A DNA stretch of 64,000 bases from Promethearchaeota archaeon (GTDB taxonomy: Archaea > Asgardarchaeota > Heimdallarchaeia > Hodarchaeales > Hodarchaeaceae): contig JBHLMN010000006.1 in NCBI GenBank assembly GCA_048938105.1, positions 128,001-192,000 on the forward strand, read 5' to 3'. Every line of letters begins with the position of its first letter. Positions within the stretch are counted from its first letter, which is position 1. A program made the position numbers and the translations under genes. Shown piece by piece: positions 29,621 through 39,766 of this stretch. A model generated the notes under the pieces. The model was not told where the DNA came from. It saw only the letters and a list, made by a program, of their open reading frames with translations, and did no database searches.

Positions 29621-31345
29621 TTACGATAAAATAAAACTTAATATCTGTTTCTCAACTTGATTAAGCAAATCAGGTGTGATTTCTGAAACTTTTGAGTATT
29701 TTCTTAATATTAAATTTAATGTGTCACAAATGTCTTTTTTATACAACATTATTATAGAGTCGAATTGTTTGGAATAAAACAACAACAAAGCTGCAGGAAC
29801 TTCCCCCATATGTTTTATAACTCTTAAATCTTCAATTGAGTCATCTATAACTTTAATCCAATATGATACAAAATTCCAACCTTCTTGTAGAACTGTAATA
29901 GTCTTTTCTTCTTCTTTTAAACTTGTAAGAGGAAATGGTCCATACATTTCACCTTCTTTTCCATATTGGTATAGCACAGCACTATACTCTAACATAGATT
30001 GAAGTTGATGGTTACTAAAAGGACAGTTCTCATTTTTTCCCTGAATAATCAATCCTTTATCTGTGAATGATCCAAAACATAATCCTAGTCTTATTTTTTG
30101 CTTGTCAACTTGCTTCAATAATAGTTTCCTTGGAGAACTTACTCGTTTTCGCCATAGAAGGACTCCAAAAAGTAAACTTACTACAATTATAATTACGAAC
30201 AGTGCGAAAATGAACCGAAATAAAGGTGTAAAGATATTTTGTACTGAAAAAGGCCCAAAAAAGGCAGTACTTGTTATATCATTCTCCAAACATGATGCTT
30301 GAACCCTTATACAATAGCTAGAACCATCCTCGACCATCATTGTGTCAAAAATGTAACTATTCGTCCGAAGATCTGATATTAGATGTTTCCAAATTCTTTG
30401 ATCCTTAGAAAAATGCAGAGAGTATATAATATCATATTTAAATGAATCAATTGCTTCTATCCATTGAATGAGAACTTTTCCTTTCAATTTTTCCTTATTG
30501 ATTGGATTTATGATTATCGGGTCTGTTAATAGGTGTTTTTGAGGAGGATTCGGATTACTTAAGGGGTAAGTATCGTTGTTATTAGCAGATCCAGTAATTG
30601 AGTACGATTCATCAATGATACCATCAGCATCAACATCAAATTCGATCCAATCACTCCAGAAATTAAAAGCAAATTTATTACAAAATCCATTGTCATTAGC
30701 CTGACAGTTATAATTATTGTTCTCAGAGAAATCATTCAGTTTTATGATATTTAGCTCTGAGTCTTCCCCTATTTCAATACCGTAATGACTATTATTGGAA
30801 ATCAGGTTTTCTGATATTATATTCTTTTTAGAAAAGTAATCCAATTGGATTCCAACTTCGTTATTGAAGAAGGTATTATTGGTGATATATCCGTTTGAAA
30901 CATTGTTAAATAAAATACCAATTCCTTTCCCTTTTCCATTAAAAAAGCATTTTTTTATTTGAAAACACATGTCTGAATTGTTTATTTTGATTGAATCCCC
31001 AATATTAGTGAAATTATACCCCTTAATAATATAAGGATTTGTTATTGTTCCATTCCCCCTCCAATTCTCTGTAGTGGCCAACTTATCAAAATCATTATTA
31101 CTATCAATACTTATGGGTTCATGTTCCACAGTTTCTAAAGTATCATAGAGATACCTTGAAAAAAGGGTATTATCTTTGGATCTTAGTCCAACTAACTGAT
31201 CATAATAGTAAGATGTAGAATGATGTTTCGTTTGAATATCGTTCATATCGATACTAGAAATTAGACTCAATGTAGAAATTATTAGTATAACAAAGCTAAT
31301 ATTCCACAAAAAGATTCTTTTTTTCATTATTTTCCCATATATCAA
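29621..31345 (-). CDS. Single-pass receptor-like protein: NosD-type beta-helix, beta-sandwich, TM, cytoplasmic domain
   Basis: GNGTITNPYII, N-rich N.I.NN..GI repeats, TM helix, QSMLEYSAVLYQ...YGPFP. Confidence 0.85.
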   Translation of the reverse strand: MIYGKIMKKRIFLWNISFVILIISTLSLISSIDMNDIQTKHHSTSYYYDQLVGLRSKDNTLFSRYLYDTLETVEHEPISIDSNNDFDKLATTENWRGNGTITNPYIIKGYNFTNIGDSIKINNSDMCFQIKKCFFNGKGKGIGILFNNVSNGYITNNTFFNNEVGIQLDYFSKKNIISENLISNNSHYGIEIGEDSELNIIKLNDFSENNNYNCQANDNGFCNKFAFNFWSDWIEFDVDADGIIDESYSITGSANNNDTYPLSNPNPPQKHLLTDPIIINPINKEKLKGKVLIQWIEAIDSFKYDIIYSLHFSKDQRIWKHLISDLRTNSYIFDTMMVEDGSSYCIRVQASCLENDITSTAFFGPFSVQNIFTPLFRFIFALFVIIIVVSLLFGVLLWRKRVSSPRKLLLKQVDKQKIRLGLCFGSFTDKGLIIQGKNENCPFSNHQLQSMLEYSAVLYQYGKEGEMYGPFPLTSLKEEEKTITVLQEGWNFVSYWIKVIDDSIEDLRVIKHMGEVPAALLLFYSKQFDSIIMLYKKDICDTLNLILRKYSKVSEITPDLLNQVEKQILSFILS

Positions 31346-31537
31346 ATGATTAGAATTTAATATTGTTAAATTTTTTCTAGTAGTCCAATGATTGATATTT
31401 CACTACTTTGTATTAAATTGTATTGTAAATACTATTTTCAGAACAATCTGAGTTTATAGAACCCTATTACACCTAAAATTATATTCTATCAGATTTATAA
31501 CTGATCCTGATTATTAATGTCATGAGAAAATTGGTTT

Positions 31538-32254
31538 TTAGAAAAATGAGAGAACTCGGATATCATTTTCAATATGGTCAAGTTTTTCAGGATTAAAAAC
31601 AGAAATATCTGAAATAGTACCCATCATCGATTTAAATAAGTTGATAAGATGTTTTTTTCGCATTATTATCAATGACTCGTATTTTTTCGGATAGTATAAC
31701 AATAGAACCGCAAGAACACCCCCACTTGGAATTTTCATTCTCGTATCCTTTACTGTAGGATCTATTACCTGGAATCCAAAAGAAATAAAATGCATTTCTT
31801 CTTCTGGTAAGCCTTGTTTCTTTTCCCCCATCCTTATACTAGTTAAAGGAAAAGGCCCGTATATAGTTTCAATTTCTCCATGTTGATAGAGAACTGCACA
31901 ATATTCCAGCATTGATTGAATAACTGATTCATTAAATGGACAAGATTTAGTTTTTCCTCGGATACTCAATCCATCGTCAGTGATCGAACCCAAGCAAAGC
32001 CCCATCTCTATAGCCCTTGGTTCGAATTGTTTTATTGACTCTACTTTTCTGGATTCCCTAGATGTTTTACGCCAAATAATTAATCCAATAGCTAAGAATG
32101 ATAAGAAAATTAGTAATAGAATGTAAATGATATTTTCAAGAGAAAATGCAGGGGGAATAAAGACACCAAGCCAAAAATCAGAAAATAAAATTAATAAAAA
32201 AGGCATCAAGAAGAGTAAACCAAAACAGATACTCCAGATTACTCCTTTTTTCAT
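31538..32254 (-). CDS. 2-TM protein carrying a paralogue of the neighbour's cytoplasmic domain
   Basis: GLCLGSITDDGL...CPF...QSMLEYCAVLYQ...YGPFPLTS matches the C-terminus of 29621-31345. Confidence 0.85.
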   Translation of the reverse strand: MKKGVIWSICFGLLFLMPFLLILFSDFWLGVFIPPAFSLENIIYILLLIFLSFLAIGLIIWRKTSRESRKVESIKQFEPRAIEMGLCLGSITDDGLSIRGKTKSCPFNESVIQSMLEYCAVLYQHGEIETIYGPFPLTSIRMGEKKQGLPEEEMHFISFGFQVIDPTVKDTRMKIPSGGVLAVLLLYYPKKYESLIIMRKKHLINLFKSMMGTISDISVFNPEKLDHIENDIRVLSFF

Positions 32255-32460
32255 GTGATTCCCTTATTTAGCTTTTTCCCTACTTAACTTAGATTAGTTT
32301 CATTTCAAGTAAGAGAGATGAAATTTCTTTTCTTCATTAAGACCTTTTACTAGATAAAACTACTTCCTTTCTATTTGAACTTTTGAATGTTTTCATTGTT
32401 ATTGAGGGTGTTTTGACATATAATCCTCACAATTACAGTTCTAAGAAGGAAAGATACACT

Positions 32461-32518
32461 AAAGCTTTAAAAATCTCGAGTAGTTTTTTCCTGAGAGAAT
32501 ACTTTGTGCCACAAACAA
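32461..32518. promoter_or_regulatory. Conserved promoter/operator element, copy 2 (palindrome TTTGTG-C-CACAAA)
   Basis: ctttaaaaatct...gagagaatactttgtgccacaaacaa. Confidence 0.6.
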
Positions 32519-32599
32519 TCTTTATTGTATTTGATAATTTACAGTTATGATTACGTTTTCTCGTGCTTATTGAGCAATCATTGCAAATCTATTCACTTT

Positions 32600-32908
32600 T
32601 CATTTGTTAGAGATAGCAGCCACTTTGTCTTCCATCTTTCTTGGTTTGTCTTTACGATCATCGATACGTAGTTGAGTTAAAACTCGTAATGCACCAGCTT
32701 TCAGAATGGCTTCATGAGCAAGCCTAGTCACATCAAAAATTTGTTCTAGAGAATCAGCTTCAATAACTGTACCCATAGGATGATGGATAACTTTTATTCC
32801 TTTGTAATTATCAATCTCTTTTGCTGCTTCTCTCACGAATTTACTTAAACTAGTTCCTACTCCTACTGGAAATGTAGTAATATCTGCTATGATCTTGGTA
32901 CTCATCAA
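32600..32908 (-). CDS. MTH1187/YkoF-family thiamine-binding protein
   Basis: PVGVGTSLSKFV, PMGTVIE, LRIDDRKDK. Confidence 0.92.
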   Translation of the reverse strand: MMSTKIIADITTFPVGVGTSLSKFVREAAKEIDNYKGIKVIHHPMGTVIEADSLEQIFDVTRLAHEAILKAGALRVLTQLRIDDRKDKPRKMEDKVAAISNK

Positions 32909-32969
32909 TAACCACCTATTATTTTTGTATAATTATTTAGTAATCAGGAAATATCGAACTTTATCAAAG

Positions 32970-33998
32970 TTATTTAATTTCTTTCCAAATTCCCTCTGTG
33001 TTACACGGTACTGGTAGGTCCTTCATTGTCAACAATCCTGGATTTGCTAGGAAAATCCTTGGAATTAAGTTGACAACCATTGCAACAGTACCCAAATCCC
33101 CATGTACTCCACCCTCAATTTTTTGAGATATATGTGGTGTTCCTTCAATAATAATGTTATCAAATTCCTCATGATCACCAGCATAAGCAATAAAATCTAA
33201 AATGATCAGATCTGCGTCTCTTTTCTTAGCCACTGCTTTACTCTGGAGGCCACTCACAAATCCTTTTGGTATAGTGCAATAAGAAGTTGTAATATCCCTC
33301 TCTGCTATGACTGCTCTTGGAGGAAATTCAATGATTTCGTCACTAGTCATACCTAAAGCAGACATAATCATCTGCATAGACTGGGTTAAACCAACATGAC
33401 CAGTGATTTCCTTATTGTCAATTTTTTGCCTAAACTCCTCAAGCGAAAGACCTGTTCCGATTTTTTCTTGGAAAGGAAAACGTCTATTTGCAGAGTTCAT
33501 CATCCGTGTTATTGACATCTTCTGAACAGTTTGACAGGGAGCTGTTAGCACAATAGGTAATAAATCCATTAAAAATCCTGGATTAATGCCTGTTCCCACT
33601 ACGGATACATTTTTTGCCTTAGCAAGCTCATCGATTTCGTTAGAAAGCTTCGGAAAATACTCAAAGGGATAAGACAACTCTTCACATATAGAAATGACAT
33701 TACTACCAGCATTTATTGCTTCTATAATGATTGTTGAAACCTTCTCCAAAGAAGAAGATGTCAAAATTATCACAACATCAGCCTGTTTCTGATTTAAAAG
33801 CTTTTTTAGATCTGATTGAATCCTAAGTTTTGGCCCACTTGATAAATCTAATATTTCAATTAACTCCTTGTCCACAAGATTTGGATTAATATCAACTACT
33901 CCAATTAAATCTATATTCTCACGTTCGATTAACAACTTCGATATTTGCTGCCCTATAGCCCCTAATCCTACTTGAATCACACTAAATTTTGTTTTCAT
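32970..33998 (-). CDS. NAD(P)-dependent amine dehydrogenase (2,4-diaminopentanoate dehydrogenase/DapB-like family)
   Basis: GLGAIG, NVISICEEL, GTGINPGFLMD. Confidence 0.85.
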   Translation of the reverse strand: MKTKFSVIQVGLGAIGQQISKLLIERENIDLIGVVDINPNLVDKELIEILDLSSGPKLRIQSDLKKLLNQKQADVVIILTSSSLEKVSTIIIEAINAGSNVISICEELSYPFEYFPKLSNEIDELAKAKNVSVVGTGINPGFLMDLLPIVLTAPCQTVQKMSITRMMNSANRRFPFQEKIGTGLSLEEFRQKIDNKEITGHVGLTQSMQMIMSALGMTSDEIIEFPPRAVIAERDITTSYCTIPKGFVSGLQSKAVAKKRDADLIILDFIAYAGDHEEFDNIIIEGTPHISQKIEGGVHGDLGTVAMVVNLIPRIFLANPGLLTMKDLPVPCNTEGIWKEIK

Positions 33999-34109
33999 TG
34001 GAATTTGGCTCTTAATAATTTTGATACTTAGTTCTGTAAAGGATAATTCAATACAAATAATTTTTGTTTATTATAAGATCCTGTTATGACTAATAATTAT
34101 TGGGGTCTA

Positions 34110-35069
34110 TTAGTTTAAATCAAAAAAATCTCGTGCATTTTGCCAATAAAATCGTTTAAGGACGGACTGAGGAAGATTAAGTCCATTAATGAAAGTAGGA
34201 GGATTAGGATTGTCCTCATCTGAAAAAGGTAACTCAACTTTAACATTGCTCTCCCAAAATACACGCTGTGCCCAGTAACGAGTCGCAAAATAATCTTCTG
34301 GATGATCACCCCATCCCACAGACAAGTCAGTAGCAAAAAGAATTCTATCCTGGTAACGGATAATGAAATCACGAGCTTTCTGAATATCTTTCCCCAGCTC
34401 ACGTATAATCCATTTTGTAGAAGCCGTATCTACATATAAATTAGGAAATCTCATAAAGAGCTTCTCTAATTGGGCTAAATTTTGGATTTCAGGTAAGCTC
34501 CCAAAGTGAACACTTATCACTTTAAGAGAGGGGTGTCTTTCTAAAACAGCTATAAAATCGTTGACTACTTGAGATTTTGTGTTATACCGTGCAGCATCCT
34601 GATACTTTGTTTCGTACCATATGTCAGGATCAGCCACATGAATATCTAATGGAAGACCATAATCTTCAATTCGAGTAAAAACAGGGTCAAAAATAGGATC
34701 CGAAATAGAAACAAGCTTCTCTGTATTAAAGAAATCTATTTGTCTTGGGCCGAACCACGTTTTGGTGAGGGTATAATTCAGACTATGAGCTTCATCAACA
34801 GCTTCTATTATTGGTTCGGGTTTTTTTTCAGCAAAAGCTTGCATAGGTAAATAATATGCAAATATAATTTCAGCAGCTTTTCCATTCTGTTCCAGAGTTT
34901 TCTTCACTTCAGGTTGGGCAATACCCATATATTTCCTGACGCCATAAAGTTGACCCCATTTTTCAAGTTCGTTAAACGCATTAGCGTCCCAAATATGAAT
35001 ATGAGAATCACAAATTTTTGTTTTAGGGGGGAGTAAACCAGCTAAAGGATCGCTCAGATTAAATTTCAA
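34110..35069 (-). CDS. Amidohydrolase_2 family metallohydrolase
   Basis: DSHIH, IHVAD, VHFG, RILFATD. Confidence 0.85.
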   Translation of the reverse strand: MKFNLSDPLAGLLPPKTKICDSHIHIWDANAFNELEKWGQLYGVRKYMGIAQPEVKKTLEQNGKAAEIIFAYYLPMQAFAEKKPEPIIEAVDEAHSLNYTLTKTWFGPRQIDFFNTEKLVSISDPIFDPVFTRIEDYGLPLDIHVADPDIWYETKYQDAARYNTKSQVVNDFIAVLERHPSLKVISVHFGSLPEIQNLAQLEKLFMRFPNLYVDTASTKWIIRELGKDIQKARDFIIRYQDRILFATDLSVGWGDHPEDYFATRYWAQRVFWESNVKVELPFSDEDNPNPPTFINGLNLPQSVLKRFYWQNARDFFDLN

Positions 35070-35233
35070 AAGAAAACCTCATTAAACACACACAAAAAGG
35101 AAATTTATCAGCGTGGATTTGGTAAATAAGATAGATAATAAGAAATTTCCATTCAGTGAAAAAAGAGAAATGAGATAAAGTGTTTCTATTTATCTAAAAA
35201 AGTTAAGCTAGTTACCGCATGGACAGTTAGCTC

Positions 35234-35959
35234 ATGCCCCAAGTAGTTTATATCCCAATAAAAGCAATAATATTTGATTTTGATGGAACACTTGTTGATA
35301 CTAAGCAATATTACTTTGGGATGTTAGCAGAATATCTTCAAGTGGATCTTGTTCGTGTATTCTCTAAAGCAGATGAGTTAATATTCTCTAAGCTCACCTC
35401 ACAGGAAAGAAACGTAAAATGGAAAATAGTAATGGGCCTTTATCAAGTTTCACGAGCTTTAGGATTTAGTTACATTAAATCTTTGAGAGCCATGTTTTTT
35501 GTAGGACGGAATCAATCAAAACAATTTTCTTCAGCTCAACCAACAAAAGATACGATATTAGCTCTAAAGCGATTACATTCTACTGGAATCAAATTAGCTA
35601 TTGTAAGTGATTCACCACGAAAAAAAATAAACATATTTCTGAATAAGCATCTCAAAGGTATAAATTACTTTCCAGAAGACTGTATTTTAGCCTCGGGGGA
35701 ATTTGGAAAACACAAGGAGGAAGGATTTGTATATTTTCTTCGGAAATTTAATCTAACAAGCACACCTCGGAGCTGTGCGATGATAGGAGACTTAGGGGGG
35801 GATATTATTGCAGGAAAAACAATTGGAATTACTACGTTCGCATTCGCCGCAGGTTATTCCACTCCTGAAATTTTACTTGAAAATGAACCAGATGCTATTT
35901 ATGAAACATTACTTGAGATGGAGAGATCTATCCACCTTTTTCTTGCCGAAGAGAAATAA
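35234..35959 (+). CDS. HAD-family hydrolase
   Basis: FDFDGTLVDT, MIGDLGGDI. Confidence 0.92.
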   Translation: MPQVVYIPIKAIIFDFDGTLVDTKQYYFGMLAEYLQVDLVRVFSKADELIFSKLTSQERNVKWKIVMGLYQVSRALGFSYIKSLRAMFFVGRNQSKQFSSAQPTKDTILALKRLHSTGIKLAIVSDSPRKKINIFLNKHLKGINYFPEDCILASGEFGKHKEEGFVYFLRKFNLTSTPRSCAMIGDLGGDIIAGKTIGITTFAFAAGYSTPEILLENEPDAIYETLLEMERSIHLFLAEEK

Positions 35960-35970
35960 AACAATAGGTT

Positions 35971-37485
35971 TTAAGTATCAATCCATCCTCTGGCTTTACT
36001 TATTGCTTTATTCCAGTAGTGTATCATTTCTGTTCTTCGTTCTTCGTCTATATGGGGTTTAAAAACACGATCAATTTCCCATTTTTCTCTTAATTCATCT
36101 ATATTCTTCCAAAAGTCTACAGCAAGCCCGGCAGCATATACAGCTCCAAGAGCTGTTGTTTCTTCAATTTTAGGACGTATACATTCTATGTTCAACAAAT
36201 CAGCTTGGATTTGCATCAGTAGATTATTCTTGGAAGCCCCCCCGTCTACTCGTAAACTCTGCAATTTAATCCCACTATCTATCTCCATAGCACGGAAAAC
36301 ATCAAAAGATTGGAAAGCAATGGATTCTAGGACTGCTCGAGTGATATGACCACGATTACTTCCCCTAGTAAGTCCAACTAGAGTCCCACGAGCTGTAGTA
36401 TCCCAATGTGGTGCAAATAAGCCTACAAAAGCGGGAACAAAATACACTCCCCCATTATCAGCAACAGAAGCTGCTAAATCTTCTGATTCAGAAGCAGATG
36501 AAAAAAGTTGTAATTGATCTCGTAGCCACTGTATAGCGGCTCCACTAATTGCAATACTACCTTCTAACGCGTAATAATTTTCTTTTTTAAGTCCATAAGC
36601 AACAGTTGTGAGAAGTCCTGAATTAGAGTGTACAATCGTCTTCCCTGTATTTAATAAGAGGAAGTTACCAGTTCCATAGGTATTCTTTGCATTTCCAGGA
36701 TCAAAACATGTTTGACCAAATAACGCTGCCTGTTGATCTCCAAGATCCCCAGAGATGGGAGGGCTACCTTCCATTCCTTTTACGGCTATATGACCATACA
36801 GTTCAGGGTCACTTGATGGTCTAATTGCTGGAAGTACTGATCTAGGTATTGATAACTGCTCTATTAATTCATCATCCCAATCAAGTGTTTTTAAATTCAT
36901 CAACATGGTTCGAGAAGCATTTGAAACATCGGTTACGTGTACACCACCATTAGTGCCTCCTGTAAGATTCCAGATTAACCACGTATCAATATTCCCAAAA
37001 AGTAACTCTCCTTTCTCAGCTTTTGAATGAGCTCCTGGTACATTGTTTAATAACCACCGAATCTTAGGACCAGAGAAATATGTGGCTATAACCAGACCAG
37101 TTCGTTCTTTAATAAGTGGTTCTATATCCTGTCTTTTGAGTTCCTCACAAATTTCAGTAGTTCGTACACATTGCCAAACAACTGCATTATGAATTGGTAG
37201 TCCAGTTGTACGATTCCAAACGATCGTTGTTTCACGCTGATTGGTCACACCAATCGCAATCAGATCTTTAAGAGTAAGATGAGTCTTTTTGAGAGTTTCT
37301 CTAATTACTAATTGGGTATTAGTCCAAATAGCTAGAGGATCATGCTCAACCCATCCTAGCTGTGGAAAAATCTGTTCGTGTTCCTTGTAATGAGACCCAA
37401 TAAGGTTACTATGCTTATTAAACACCATAAATCGTGTACCAGTGGTTCCTTGATCAATCGCACCAATATACTCTTCTTTTGTCAT
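35971..37485 (-). CDS. glpK: Glycerol kinase (start corrected to ATG 37485)
   Basis: IDQGTTGTR, TNQRET, GDQQAALFGQ, KNTYGTG, ETTALG; AGGAG RBS before 37485. Confidence 0.96.
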   Translation of the reverse strand: MTKEEYIGAIDQGTTGTRFMVFNKHSNLIGSHYKEHEQIFPQLGWVEHDPLAIWTNTQLVIRETLKKTHLTLKDLIAIGVTNQRETTIVWNRTTGLPIHNAVVWQCVRTTEICEELKRQDIEPLIKERTGLVIATYFSGPKIRWLLNNVPGAHSKAEKGELLFGNIDTWLIWNLTGGTNGGVHVTDVSNASRTMLMNLKTLDWDDELIEQLSIPRSVLPAIRPSSDPELYGHIAVKGMEGSPPISGDLGDQQAALFGQTCFDPGNAKNTYGTGNFLLLNTGKTIVHSNSGLLTTVAYGLKKENYYALEGSIAISGAAIQWLRDQLQLFSSASESEDLAASVADNGGVYFVPAFVGLFAPHWDTTARGTLVGLTRGSNRGHITRAVLESIAFQSFDVFRAMEIDSGIKLQSLRVDGGASKNNLLMQIQADLLNIECIRPKIEETTALGAVYAAGLAVDFWKNIDELREKWEIDRVFKPHIDEERRTEMIHYWNKAISKARGWIDT

Positions 37486-37573
37486 TTCTATTTCTCCTAT
37501 GATATGAAAAGATAGGTAATGATTATTAAGATTCCAAAATGACCTTTTACATATAGAATAGTCTCTTAAAATG

Positions 37574-38101
37574 TCATGAGACTGAGATAATTGATTGGTT
37601 AATGTATTTTTTAATGCTGTCGAGGGGTGATCTTGTTTTACGATTCTGTACTGCAACAATTCTGTAATTCTTGGTCTGTGGAAATTGAGTTAAAAATTCC
37701 GTTAAGATCATTTCTCTAACCACAAGAATGTTTCCATGTTCACGTGATAATACTGCTTTCAACACTGGAAAGTAACCACTTCCCTGAAGCTCTAAGGGAC
37801 CGATTTCATCAATAAAGAGATAGTCAGTACCTAAGCTCGTTTGAATACTGGTGATTGTACGCTTAAGATTGGCCTTATGAATACGAAAATGACCTATTGG
37901 TATAAATTCATCAGATTCATTGGCTTCAAATGAAATTTTAGCTCTTTCAGCAATTAAATAGAACCATTTCTTATCATTTTGCAATGTGATTACTCCACCT
38001 TTTGATACAGGCAGTTGATTAAGATATTCTAACACCTGCCAACATAAGGTGGACTTTCCTGCATCCTTTGGGCCTGTAATAATGAATGAATATATTGTCA
38101 T
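37574..38101 (-). CDS. P-loop NTPase (THEP1/NTPase_1-like)
   Basis: ITGPKDAGKST, FIDEIGPLEL. Confidence 0.85.
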   Translation of the reverse strand: MTIYSFIITGPKDAGKSTLCWQVLEYLNQLPVSKGGVITLQNDKKWFYLIAERAKISFEANESDEFIPIGHFRIHKANLKRTITSIQTSLGTDYLFIDEIGPLELQGSGYFPVLKAVLSREHGNILVVREMILTEFLTQFPQTKNYRIVAVQNRKTRSPLDSIKKYINQSIISVS

Positions 38102-38306
38102 AATTTCCAGACAATCCTGATCTGATTTATATAAATCAGTAAAGGCGCTATAACAAATAAATAAGTTATCGGAAAGGGAAAATTGAATGGAAAAAGAAAT
38201 CTTTTAACGAGCAAATAAAACTCTATCTCAAAGAAACAATGAAACTAACATATCTAAACTGAGTAAAACCAAACCCATAAGTAAAATAAGGAGAAATAGG
38301 TGGAAA

Positions 38307-39416
38307 TTACCCAACATCAGTTATTCCATCTCCAGTTATTGCAAAAACAGTCTCATTTTCTGGAAGTAGGGGTGAATCAGCAATTCTGGCAATTCGTCGT
38401 TCACCTTTGGACTTTCGGAGATAAACTCGAGTGTGACTTGCATGAGCGACAATATTCCCCCCGACTGGCGCAGTGGGATCGCCAAAGAACATATCAGGTT
38501 TCGAATGAACCTGATTAGTGACGATAACTGCCAAATTACCAACCTCAGCAATTTTAAGAAGTGTATGAATGTGTTGGTTCAGCTTCTGTTGCCTACCAGC
38601 AAGTGTTCCCCTTCCGACATATTCTGCACGGAAATGTGAAATGAGAGAGTCCACAATAAGTAATCCAATCGTTTCTGTTTGACTATCTTTAGCAACCTTC
38701 TCAGCTAAAACCATTTGATGGTCACTATTGTAGGCTCTGCCATGCATGATGTTTTTCAAGACTCGTTTGATATCTAGATCCCCTTCCCAGCGCTTACTCA
38801 TATCAAGGATTCGTTCAGGACGGAAAGTTCCTTCAGTATCGATATAAACTACTTTTATAGGATTTTTATCGTCGGTATTCAAACCACCCATCTCACGAGG
38901 AAGCTGAGCTGTAATACAAAGTTGATGGGCAATCTGGGTCTTTCCAGTTCGGTATTCTCCATAAAATTCTGTCATTGAACCAGTTTCTACACCACCTCCA
39001 AATAGATCATCTAATGAAGCAGAACCCGTTGTGATTTTTAACATGTTCCGCCGGCGTTCTAGTACTTCCTCGGCCGTTGTAAATCCAAAATCCAAGGCAT
39101 CTCTGGCTGCTTGAATTATTTTCCGCGATGTTGCTTCACCTAGATTCCCCACTGCAACTAATTCCCCAATACTGACTGTTGCAAGGGATTCTAAGGTTCC
39201 AAAGCCAGAATCTTGAAGTTTCTTGGCAGTAGCTGGCCCTATACCTGGAAGATCGTTAATATCGTTTATTCCCGCATTCTTATCTTTCGACACTATTGGG
39301 GAGGAGCTTATATTATCAGTGTTAGGAGGTGTTGTTATTACTTTAGTCTCTTCAGAATTATTAGTCTCTTCACTTTTCTTATTGCGCGATGATGTCTTTC
39401 TTTTACGGGGTGGCAA
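38307..39416 (-). CDS. radA: DNA repair and recombination protein RadA
   Basis: HhH DLPGIGPAT, GEYRTGKTQ, YIDTEGTFRPER, FRAEYVGRG. Confidence 0.97.
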   Translation of the reverse strand: MPPRKRKTSSRNKKSEETNNSEETKVITTPPNTDNISSSPIVSKDKNAGINDINDLPGIGPATAKKLQDSGFGTLESLATVSIGELVAVGNLGEATSRKIIQAARDALDFGFTTAEEVLERRRNMLKITTGSASLDDLFGGGVETGSMTEFYGEYRTGKTQIAHQLCITAQLPREMGGLNTDDKNPIKVVYIDTEGTFRPERILDMSKRWEGDLDIKRVLKNIMHGRAYNSDHQMVLAEKVAKDSQTETIGLLIVDSLISHFRAEYVGRGTLAGRQQKLNQHIHTLLKIAEVGNLAVIVTNQVHSKPDMFFGDPTAPVGGNIVAHASHTRVYLRKSKGERRIARIADSPLLPENETVFAITGDGITDVG

Positions 39417-39766
39417 AATTAATCAAACCTTGAATGTGTTCTAAGACAGATAATGTGAATTTATGGGTATTTTTAACTCAACAGAGTGTAATGTCAATAT
39501 GATACTGTGTTAATTTACTTATTACTAGTATCATCAAGGAAAAAGCAGATTCACTATAGATTAACTGCGATGAGAAAAAAGATTCAAGTAGTGGATGGGA
39601 ATGTTACTAATACTTGAGCTGGATTCTTAGCGTTTAAATGAACTTTTCCTACTATGATAACGAAATAGTCAGTTCTATCCATTTTCGTCATTTTCACTGA
39701 TCTCACTCTATAATTTGACTGATTGCACTAGAATTAATAGCTTATATTTCACACATTCTTTTTGAT

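Noticed and set aside
37486-37659. 57-aa N-terminal extension of glpK in the ORF track
   Set aside because: Overlaps the upstream NTPase gene; RBS and family start fit ATG 37485
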